A stretch of 64,000 bases of DNA from Chrysomallon squamiferum (lineage: Eukaryota > Animalia > Mollusca): positions 13,888,001 to 13,952,000 of the forward strand of contig CM022678.1 of assembly GCA_012295275.1 (NCBI GenBank), written 5' to 3'. Below the pieces are notes generated by a model that searched no databases, was not told the origin of the DNA, and was given only the letters and a program-made list of their open reading frames with translations. Made by a program: the position numbers and the translations under genes. Shown in pieces: positions 49,468-60,522 of this stretch (its first letter is position 1; every line of letters starts with the position of its first letter).

Positions 49468-50967
49468 TTAAGGTGGAAGTGCATATCTCCATCCAGCTCT
49501 AAGCTGTTTGCGTAATTGCTGTACAATACCTCTGTATCCAGGATCATCTGCACGGTTGTTATTTTCCTCTGGATCCAGCAGGTGATCATACAGTTCCATG
49601 CCATAAAGTTTACTCCAATCTGGTTTGTAGACAGGTTTACCTTCAAACCGTGGCCACTCAGTATATCTGTATTTATCTGTTCTAATACTATAGCCCATTA
49701 CATTACCCTCATGTCTCGGATACTGAGAAAAGGCAGCTCTCTTCCATTTACTTTTTGGATCACGCATGAGTGGCACCATACTCATTCCTTCGCGACACAA
49801 CGCCACCTTTACTGATTCAACAGGACATAAAGGAAGAGGAGGTAATCCAGCTGCTTCTGCTAACGTTGGGAAAAGGTCTACAAACTCTGTCAGATGTTCT
49901 GTTTGAATACCACTTTCTGTTAATCCTGGAACGTGGATCATCATGGGCGCATGGACAGCGAGTTCAAAGTTGGTATGTTTGCACCATTCCCCGTGTTCTC
50001 CCAGCTGCCATCCATGATCTCCCCAGAATGAAATTATTGTATTATTAGCCAGTCCTAATTTATTTAGCTCCTGTATTACTCGTCCCAGTTCATTATCAGT
50101 ATAGGATAATGCACTATAATAAGCACGTCTTAACATCAGCACCACGTTATTAGGGAGAGTGGTGTTGATATTGCCTGTTGCGTTTAAAGCCTGTATATCT
50201 TTATACTTTCTTAGCTCACCATACTTCACCCAGGCTATTTCCGGCATATGGTCCGGAGCAAAAGGATTAGGAGGAAGTCTAATGGATTCTGAGGGATAAT
50301 TATCAAGGAATGTCTCCGGAAAAACGAATGGTAAATGTGGTTTGTGAAATCCTACAGCTATAAAAAACGGCTGAACACCCGACTTGGCTTTGGGAGCGAC
50401 TTGTCTCAAAACTGTTATAGCATGGTCAGCAATCTGTGTATCAAGTATAGGTTTCTTACTCCACTGAGACTTAGGAACCGCCAGCCAGCTTTTGCCTGTA
50501 TCATATTCCGGAGGCTGAATTCCGTGAAAGTAAGGATCGGTCCAAGAAATCGGATCATCATGCCCAGAAGCCCGACCAGGGTGAAATATTTTTCCCATTC
50601 CAATCGTCCGATATCCATTGACTTTAAAATATTCCGGTATTGTTGTAAAGTTTCCACCGACGTTGCGGAAATAGTGTTGTAAATCATAGACGTGCGTAGT
50701 GTCCGGGCGTCTTCCAGTTAAAAGAGAACTTCGGCTGGGTGAACAGACAGCTTGCTGGACATATGATCTTTTTAAAAGAAGACTTTTCTTCGCGAGAAAA
50801 CGTAGCGATGGTGTCCACATTGGGGGGTGTACAGGGGATGGAAAATCCGGCCCATAATATGGCTCCAGTTCTGCTCTCATGTCGTCAGCTACAAGAAAGA
50901 GTACATTGAGCCGACAAGAGGCTGGCGATAATAAATAGCAAAAAAGTACAAGATGATGAATTTTCAT
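49468..50967 (-). CDS. IDS: Iduronate 2-sulfatase, 499 aa, single-exon CDS
   Basis: Signal peptide; NVLFLVADDMR; formylglycine motif CSPSRSSLLTG; GNFTTIPEYFKVNGY; GKIFH; GFHKPH; GDHGWQLGEHGEWCK; animal IDS-type LCP...LCREG; AFSQYPR; MGYSIRT. Confidence 0.95.
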   Translation of the reverse strand: MKIHHLVLFCYLLSPASCRLNVLFLVADDMRAELEPYYGPDFPSPVHPPMWTPSLRFLAKKSLLLKRSYVQQAVCSPSRSSLLTGRRPDTTHVYDLQHYFRNVGGNFTTIPEYFKVNGYRTIGMGKIFHPGRASGHDDPISWTDPYFHGIQPPEYDTGKSWLAVPKSQWSKKPILDTQIADHAITVLRQVAPKAKSGVQPFFIAVGFHKPHLPFVFPETFLDNYPSESIRLPPNPFAPDHMPEIAWVKYGELRKYKDIQALNATGNINTTLPNNVVLMLRRAYYSALSYTDNELGRVIQELNKLGLANNTIISFWGDHGWQLGEHGEWCKHTNFELAVHAPMMIHVPGLTESGIQTEHLTEFVDLFPTLAEAAGLPPLPLCPVESVKVALCREGMSMVPLMRDPKSKWKRAAFSQYPRHEGNVMGYSIRTDKYRYTEWPRFEGKPVYKPDWSKLYGMELYDHLLDPEENNNRADDPGYRGIVQQLRKQLRAGWRYALPP

Positions 50968-51431
50968 GATTATAAGAATTTTAAAATTTTAATCACCATG
51001 TTTTTCATCGCGCAAATTAACGAATCGATCTTTCCAAAAAGCTAAAATATCATTTCCGGGTTTTAGGGTTTAACAAGGTCTCGTTCGATTAGTCTTCACG
51101 AGTAATTCTGGCATTGACGAGAAACGGCGGATTATAATGGTTGGACTGCATGTATAATCATGCATATAAAATACATTTATATACAAATATAAAGGTAATT
51201 ATAAATGTATGTGTTAAATCTATTAAATGTCTGAGTGAACAAGCAAACTGTAAAAAAAAAAAAAAAAAAAAAAGAAACAAAAAAGAAAAAAAAAAAAAAA
51301 AAAGAAATGAATCAAAAATCAAAAATCAAAATCAAGTCTGAACAAAGAAATGCTTAGAACTAAAACTAAATGATGATGATAATATTGCAAACTTGTGTTA
51401 ACTTAGTATTTGAATGGCTTACAAGCAATAG

Positions 51432-51433
<2 letters not shown>

Positions 51434-51510
<77 letters not shown>
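51434..51510. repeat. (TC)n microsatellite between the IDS and transporter start codons
   Basis: Read directly. Confidence 0.95.
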
Positions 51511-51512
<2 letters not shown>

Positions 51513-52094
51513 CATGCCTGTCTGCCTGCCTGTGCAGGCGTTTCATTACTTCGAATACGCAGGCAATGTGTAGGTTTACAGAATGAATCGGGCAATACAT
51601 TGCCTGAAATAATGATGATAATATAAAAAAACACACAATAGTTACAATGATGATGATCACAACACATCAAATAATAATAATGATGATAATAATAACGGAG
51701 ATGGTGATGCTAAACAATAGAACATTCTGAACAATCTTTACTAACAAATGTTTTCATAACGATATTAAGCCGTTAACTCATTTAATAATTTGCTGCATCT
51801 TATAATAAACATGTAACCCCGTAGCGTTTTACTTATAAAGTTCAAAGTTCACCGCTTACTAAAGGTATCGTTGCGTTTCCTTCTCAGTTTATGCATAGCC
51901 GTTTGCAAAGCAGTTTGAGCTGCCTAAAACCAGCATGTAAGATATGCAAGGACCAGCTCATGTATGAGTTTACATTTAATGATGAAAATTAGGAGAAATC
52001 TAGTCACGCTTTCAAAATGATATATTTAGTCTTACAACAAAGACAGGAATTATTTACTTAAAGCGTTCTTATTGTCCAAACCTCAGCAATAAGT

Positions 52095-53650
52095 ATGGCA
52101 GCAAATTTAGGTTATGCAGAAGACATTGATACAAATATACTGAATTTTAGTGAAAACGTAAACGGCACAAAAATAAACAAGTATGATTCAGTTATAAAAG
52201 GAAATATTTGTACAGACGAACAAACGATTAACTCTACGGACGAACAATGGGCAAGACAAAACTCTAGAGTTATTGTGACAATAACTGAAGAAGGTGATCA
52301 ACCTCGGTAGGTTTTAATTCAGTTTCCACTTTCATTTTATTAATTTAGAACAATAAATTTGATAAAATAAATGAAAGTGCAGTTCACGTAAGTATTTTAC
52401 CTCAGTATTTTGAATGAATGAATATTTATCATCTTCTCAAAATATTTTAACATAGGAGAAACTAGTCAAACGTACAGTCTTTACAAGATGATGATATGAC
52501 GTAGAAAAAAAGCGTCCTAGCGTTATTCGTCATGCTGCTGTTCTTACCATTTACGGAAGATCAATTACATGCCTCTACATTTATCGTAGTGCTTTTGTAA
52601 TAATTTGATGTTAAACTTGAAATCGGTATCAGTTTATTTCTCAACTCTTAGAATAGACCGCCATGTGTGGATTTCACCGTCCGTAGGAATATGATGCACG
52701 AAGTATGATAGGGATTGATTTACTTCATCCGGGTATGAACTAAACAAAAATCTTAAGTAACAAATTCCGCTAAATCCTAGATGGCCGAAGTGACTCATGG
52801 AAAATGCAGAAAATGGCATATCTCTGGAACTACTCGACTGTTTCAATGACGTTAGATTCTATTGTAGGGGTTTTAAACATGCCTGATAACCTGGAACGTA
52901 GTAGATCAAGGTAATGCAAGAAGGTCAAGGTAAAGGTAATCTTTGACTGTTTATCAAGTCGACAGGAGGTGGAAGTCAAGCATATGGTAAAAACAAAAGT
53001 CAACATATGATGAATATTCAGTAAAATCAAATTATAATAATTAGGTCCTATTATAGATTTTTGGTTTTCTTGGTTGTTTTATTTTTAATTAGAGCATAAT
53101 ACTGGAATACAAACGTAAAAACATCAATGAGGAGGCACACGGTATTTCATAAATTTCTGTTGGCGTCATCCTTGAGTTTCTCAAACTGCTTCGGAATAGG
53201 CGCATCAGGAGACACCCCAACTACAACATCAAACTAGAGGAAGGAATAGATAAGCACATTCATCAAATGAAACTCCTCTCTTGAATGCCTTCGCTGTATG
53301 TATCCCAAAATGGCAGTTGGTGAGTATATGCCATTTTAAAGAAACAACTGCATCTAATCCACTTCCTTCACGATACTTGAATATCCATGAAAGGCAGTAA
53401 AGCAAAGATTTATCTCCCCTGATCCGAAAACCAAGCAATTGCTCTCTACTGACTGCTGTATTTTTTTTTTGAATGTTCAGCATATATTGACCTTTATTTT
53501 GAATTTACTTCATGACCTAGACTTCCAGTTCGACCTGTACAAAATTACCTTTGCCTTGACCTTCTTACATGACCTTGACGTACTGTCTACCTGAAATATG
53601 TTCCAGGTATATCTGAAAACCCTACAATACAGTTTAACATCAATGTCTAT

Positions 53651-53687
<37 letters not shown>

Positions 53688-54406
53688 TAAAACAAATAAA
53701 TCAAAACAAAAACCCTGTGTGTTACGGTTCTATATTTTTACATTACGAACGATATCTTTTATTATTATATTATTTGCGAAGACTCGTATTAAATAGAAAA
53801 TAAAAGGATAAAAACATTATTTGCTATAATGCACATTGACTTTAATTTGGTCAAATTTGTGAATAGATTCTGATGCTATTAATAAATAAAACAAAATCGC
53901 AAAATTAAGTAAATACATTAAAATTGTATTAAAATTATTATGAAGGTTGATAACAGAATACAGAATGTGAACAAAAAAAAAAATGTATTTGAATATATTT
54001 CTATTAAATTCAGTTCATTTTTCTGAAAGTTTTAACAAGAATACAGCAGTAGTTTTTCTTACAGAAGGGAATGGAAAATGCAAAAGACAAAATGCTAATT
54101 AATCATAAATGCAAAGTAAATCTATTACTTTTGAGATTCTATGAAACCATCATCACAGGTTTTTTAATTTTTTTTGTTTCAGAAGTCGGTGGTTTATAAA
54201 ACGAAAGTTTCGAAAACAGATACTGCTTGTGGCACTGTGTTATGTAACTATGGTAATATCATATGGATATATCATGGCTTTAGGAGTTATATTCCTGCCA
54301 GTACGAGCCACCTTTGGAACAAACAGCGCCCAGACGGCTCTGCTCCAGTCTGTCTGTTTGGGCAGTTTACTCTGTGGCAGTACGTAGAGGATTTATGATG
54401 ATGATG

Positions 54407-54437
<31 letters not shown>

Positions 54438-55370
54438 TAATACCAGATATCAAAATAATAATACCATCAGTTGTAGTAATAGTTAAATATTTATTATGAT
54501 TTATTAGTAGTACTATTGTTGTTGTTACAGTTGCTTAATAATAGTAATAAGCAGCAATAAAAATAATAAAACTCGTGGTTGTAAAGTAATAGAAGTAACA
54601 GAATTAGTGCTAGAGTAACTAGTAAAATACATGTAGTCGTTGTTTACATAAAATGTTTACGACTAGAAATGAATATTTAATATATAAATAATTAAAAGAA
54701 AAAAGATAAAAAGGAAGAATATACTAATATTTTAATCAAGATATGTTTATTCTACCAGGCCCAACAAGTGGCTGCTGTATGAACTGTTGACAATCAGTGT
54801 ATGTAGATAACAGTAAACGAAAGCAATCGGTCTGGCAAATGTCAGTTTCAGTTCGACATATTTATCCAATAGTATCGTTAAAAATAAAATAAAAAGAAGT
54901 AATCCAATTAAAATATAATACCCTTAAATTAAAATTTTAATTATGTCTGTCATCGTTTTTGGTGGGTAAAACCTTTAAGATGATAGTATCATAAAATACA
55001 ATTTAATAGTTTTAAATTTTCAACGTATATTTAGATTTTATTAGACTATTTTGAGCATAGATACGCACCTCTCTCACACCCCATATATAATTATTAATTA
55101 TTATTATTAATATAAAACAATAATTTGTATAAACTGTCAACCTCTGAGTTCTGCAAACTAGCCGGCTAACTAGCTGGTCTTATTGATAGCACTAACCCTG
55201 CTTATACATAACTATTTTGCAACTTAATAGGTGTGAGAAACTCGGCTGAAGTTAAGAAACACCTGCAAATTGTAAATGACATTGAGGAGTGTTAACCTTC
55301 GGACTAGGTTGAATTTAAGACTATATAATTATATTTGGCTAACTGTATTCCACTTTAACAGTCATTTGTA

Positions 55371-55416
<46 letters not shown>

Positions 55417-58400
55417 GTTCTTTTTTAATATTTTTTTTAATTTTAATTTTTATTTTAGGTGCTCTGGCCAGTCCACTCTATCTTAAATTCGGTGCTGGAC
55501 CTGTCGGTTTTGTTGGAAATCTTCTGTCTACAGCCGGATTAATAGGAAGTTTTTTGTCTCCTTCATTACCTGTTCTAGTGGCTACAGGTGGTTTTCTTAC
55601 AGGTAAGCTGGCAAAAAGTGAAAAACTGATTGTCTTTATTTTTTATTTCTTATTATTATTCTTATTGTATTTCTTTTTTTTACAGGTAGGTTTTTGCTGT
55701 GCATTATTATCTTCCTTAGATGTTTAAGTACTATCTCCCTCTTGGGATAACTTTCAGTAAAGGAGGTAATAAAAACAAAAGAAAAATCAAATGATTTAGA
55801 TAAAGGTTCAGTCAAATGAGGAAAATATTCCTATTAAAAACAATTAGAAAAAATTACAAAATTTGCTATGGTTTAATAGGTCATAATAGAAAAGATCCAA
55901 AAATTCAAAAATAGGGTAGGTATTCAGTATTGGATAAAAATAGCCTGATCAGTTTGTGTGTGGCCGAACAAATTAAGCCACACAGAAACTGAGAAAGCTG
56001 AGAAGTGACTGATCATAGAGGAAGAACTTTCCTTCAGTGAAGTATTGAAAGTGCAGTAAACAATATTGCTGAACTAAAATTAAACCATTCTACAGAAACA
56101 ATAGTGAAAAATGTCAACACTAGTAAAAAAAACTAAAGAAACATGCATAGATGATAGACCCTGATACTGTGATAGAAAGATTGCTGGTTTAAGGGGAGTA
56201 ATTGCAAGACGACATATTTCAACAATGAAAAAAGACAAACAGAAGCTGAAACAAATGGATCAAGTTGATGAATCAACATCTGATATTGAATTGGTCAGTT
56301 ATGAAACTGCTTTGCTTTAAACAACTACAAAAAAAATAAAAAATAAAATAAAACTCAACAAAGACAATCATTTATGTCACTGGGTTCAACCAACAGTTGA
56401 GGGTGCTGTGGTGATTGTTCCCATGGAGCTAGATACATCATGCAGGTATGCGGTAAATTCATATTTTGGTTACCTCAGCCCATTGCTATTAATACATAGA
56501 CATACCACTGCTTTTATTAGTCACAAATAAAACAGATAAAAATGTGAAAAATTAAATGTATATTTTTTATTTGTACATTTATAAACCATTTATAATATAT
56601 TTAATAAAGTTTTATGTAATCAAACCTGACTGAGGTTTATACATGTATATATATGTCTATATCTCTCTATCTCTCCATCTATCTCTCTATCAATCTATTT
56701 ATCTATCTATCTATAAACGTGTGTATATATATATATATATATATAGATAGATAGATAGGTAAGTAGGTAGATAGATATATACACACACATACATACATAT
56801 TCACTCACTCTTGGGTGTTTTTATGGTTTCTGCCAGATCAACAATTTTATTGCTATTTTTGAATGTCTATTGGTTTGGTAGATATGCTCTATTTCAATCT
56901 GTACATGGTGGTATGCAGCCTAGGTGAAGTGGAACACACACCTTTGGTTTCTCTGTCTGAATTTCTGTTTTCACTGCCTTCCATGTATCCACGTAGCTTA
57001 TTCACAGCAACATACTGAACTTAAGACAAAAGTGATACAATATGTCCAGGACACTATGAAACACAAATGTAATCACACTTGCAACAGTTGGACGTTATGC
57101 AGATTGCAAGTTGGTATCTGTTTTTTGCAGTCAATGTGTTTCACAAATACATGAATGATTTTCTTATAATCTTTAAGGTGGCATCCATATAATAATGTTT
57201 TTGCCTTTGCTAAGAGCTGGCAAAGATGATATAATCATGTATTGTTAAGAATGCTGTCTTTTCACAGAATGTTTTGTGGAATGTGTTTATAATTTAGGGT
57301 AAAATCTTTTGATATCAGTTTCTGGCAACGTAGTTGATTTGTTCATGTGCAAGACAACATTCAGTGTTTGGCAAAATAATTTTGTACCAGGTCTTGGTTA
57401 ATAGGTTAAAGGGGTTATTTCAGGCCTCTTCTTTTCACTGATTATGGAGGCAGCATATGGGTGTAGATGTTTATGCAGACTTAATATAATCTGTCCAAAA
57501 AACCTGGAGAATGGTACCAAGACACTGCGTAGTCCTACTACAATATCTTTTCTCTGGTATGAAAAACAATAATTGTGAAAATGAAGGAAGTTTTTTGGTG
57601 ACTAAAGTTGATAACCATATGGAGGATTTGGTCAAGTCAAGTGAAGAATGTCAGCAGATTCATAAAATGGGACAGCACCATTGCCTCTATGGTCTCTTTC
57701 TGAGGCTTGTTGGCAAAGGTTGCACATTGATTTTGGAGAACCTTTTCAAAACTTCATGTTGTTGGTTCATTCTAATTGGCCAAAAATGTTTGTTATAAAC
57801 TCTACTACTGCAGAAAAACCACAGTGCTATTACCCAGTTTCTAGTGATTAGAAACCTCCAAATCATCTTGACTTGTGAAGTTTTAATTGTTTTATTATAA
57901 TGTTTATTAGATTTTAAGTAAATGCAATTTTTGAACATTCATTTCATGCTGACTGACTTTTATAAGTTAGTTTTTTGTTGTTTTGTTATTGTCTTTTCTA
58001 GTGTATGTGTATAAACTATTGCACACCTTCATATTTAAGCAGGGAGGAGATATTATATATTATCTCCCTCTTAGGATAACTCTTCAGTAAACAATGTATT
58101 AAAAAGTTAAGATATATCAAATGATTTAGTTCAAAGTTTAATTAAACAGAACCAATGGTTTCCTTGTAGGTAAATCCTCACAATGTCAGATGTTCTATTT
58201 TTAGTGGCATTTTGCAGTTTTGTTAAAAATAACTAAATAAAACTATCCATAAAACTAAACAAAATGTATATAGGCATTTTGTTTAAATGACCAAGACAAA
58301 CTTTAACTAGAAATACCGTATATACTTGTGTATAAGTCAAATTTTTCGGAGACTATATTAAGGTAATATTTTGGGGGTCGACTTATACATAGGTAATGCT

Positions 58401-60522
58401 TTTGTAGCTGTTGCTGAAGAGTCGCCATTTTGACTATTTTTTGCTACGGGATGCATCTAAAATAATCGCGGTCTTTCAGCTTTTCAAAAATATAATTTTA
58501 TCCTTATAAAAAATTTTGAAAAATTAAATAATAAAACCAAATATGAATGTAAAACATGATATTCTTCCGTTTAATGACATAAAAATACATTTTAAAGCGA
58601 GAAAACCGTCAGTACGGCGTTATGCCTTACGGCATCTTGCAATGATCTAGGAATGCAGACTTCTCTGCCAAATTGCACTAAATATCGGTCCTAATTTCAT
58701 AAACAAAACTCACTTGTGTAATTGAAAGAATTTGGTGAAATAATATTGCAATCGTCATTAATATCCACTACTGACAAATCGACTAAATATAACGGTAAGT
58801 TAGGTCTCCATGTTAGACCTATTACATTAAAGAGATACTATTTATGATACATTTAGGCTATAGCTCGTGTAATACATGCATTTACGTTATTATGGTATGT
58901 TCGTGCAAGTTACAGCTCGTGCAAGTTATGTTACAGTAGGCGTACAATGTAGGCCTTCATGGCACTGTCACACTGGTCTAAAAATAGTGACAGTGACTGG
59001 AATCTACAGTCGACTTATACACAAGTAATACCTAAAATGATTCAATTTTTGGTCTTAAAATACACATCGACTTATACATAAAGTTGCCTTGTACACAAGT
59101 ATATATGGTAAATAAATGTGTGTGTAACACAATCACATGGAAGTACTAAAAATATTTTATTTTTTATAATTTCAGGTTGTGGTCTTTGCAGCCAATATGT
59201 GTTGAGTTTCTCGTTAGTTGGCGCTGCAATAAAAGACACAAAATGGAGAGATTTTGCTCTCACATTGTTAGCTAGTTCAGCTGGGATAGGATTTTCTCTT
59301 TTTCCTGTCATGACTGCTTATCTATTGGATTTGTTTGGTTGGCGAGGTGCCATGTTACTTTTAGGGGGCATAACACTACACTGTTGCCCAATTTTTCTCT
59401 TGATAGCCATGATTTCACAAGATTTGATACAGAGATATCCACCACATGAAACTAATACAGATAAGAAATCTCACTGGAATTTCTCTCTCCTGAAAGAATT
59501 TGGATTTCTTGTAATTGCTTTTAGTGTGTTTCTAATAATGGCCTTAATACCGACAGTAAATTTTTTCTTAGTAGATATTGCTAAATCAAAAGGTTTTGAT
59601 GTAAACACAGGTGCCTTTTTCTTAACTCTTGCAGGAATAACAGGTTTTGTTGGTCGACTTGCCAGTGTAGGAATTGCAGCACTAATAAAGGGATCTAAAA
59701 TTGTTATTATTGGATTTTTATTTCTCACTACAGGATTGTGTATGTTAGTTATGACATTTGCTATGACTTACAAATGGATGGTAGTGGCTATTTCACTTTA
59801 CAACATACCTTTTGCAGCAGAATCAGTTTTATTTCCATCTGTCGTATACAAAGTGGCAGGAATTCATCGGTTTTCATCTGCAATGGGTTACACAGGCCTG
59901 ATAGGTGGTATCGCAGCATGGATCAGTGGCCCTGTCGGAGGTAAATATTCTGTCTGTAAAACTGTAATTAATAGTGTTTACTTAAATATTTCAGTGAAAT
60001 CAGAATGATGGTTTTGATCTTTATATGAAGTAGTTAACTAATTCAAGTGCCATTTTAATTCAAGTAGTATTTTGTTTGTCGACTTCTCATACAGAATCTT
60101 CAAAATTATGAATGAAGTCATCCATTTAAATGTATTTATTACAAATTAACATTTTCAAGTTATGTTCTAACATATTTCTGAATCAAATCTTTACAAGAAC
60201 CTTTCCATAAAATGGACAGTACCTTCCTCAATATATGTCCCTTTACATAGATCTATTAGCATTTCTAATATTCATCTGTATCATTTCTTAAATGTATTGT
60301 ATTACTGAGAAAAGTGACAGATTAATATATATAACAAATAAATAAATGTTTATTTTAGGAGCAATTAAAGATCTGACTGGATCATATGATGGTGTTGTGT
60401 ATTTGGCTGTTTCTGGATGTATGGCTTGTGCCTTTTGTTTCTTTATTTTAAATGTACATCTTCAACAAAATGAGAATGATGATCCTGCTATTGAAAATGA
60501 AACTGTTTCTACTTACTTATAG
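52095..60522 (+). CDS. MFS transporter, SLC16/monocarboxylate-transporter-like (about 493 aa)
   Basis: Five in-phase exons: 52095-52306, 54183-54379, 55459-55602, 59176-59940, 60359-60522 (TAG). About 12 hydrophobic segments; SLC16-type motifs FGWRGAMLLLGGITLH, GFVGRL, G..RFSSAMG and GPVGGAIKDLTGSY. Confidence 0.88.
52844..53645. repeat. Long inverted repeat (arms about 52844-53019 and 53471-53645) of a TGACCT/AGGTCA-rich repeat
   Basis: For example TATTGTAGGG, ACCTGGAAC and AAGAAGGTCAAGGTAAAGGTAAT on the left versus ATTACCTTTGCCTTGACCTTCTT, GTTCCAGGT and CCCTACAATA on the right. Confidence 0.75.
58316..59108. mobile_element. Tc1/mariner (pogo/Tc2-type) non-autonomous element, about 790 bp
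   Basis: TA|CCGTATATACTTGTGTATAAG ... CTTGTACACAAGTATATATGG|TA, with subterminal repeats of TCGACTTATAC. Confidence 0.85.

Noticed and set aside
49516-50687. ORFs overlapping IDS in other frames or on the other strand
   Set aside because: Shadow frames with no recognisable motifs.
49468-50967. Bacterial sulfatase from contamination or horizontal transfer
   Set aside because: It has animal IDS-type sequence features and ordinary host-like flanks; a phylogeny would be decisive.
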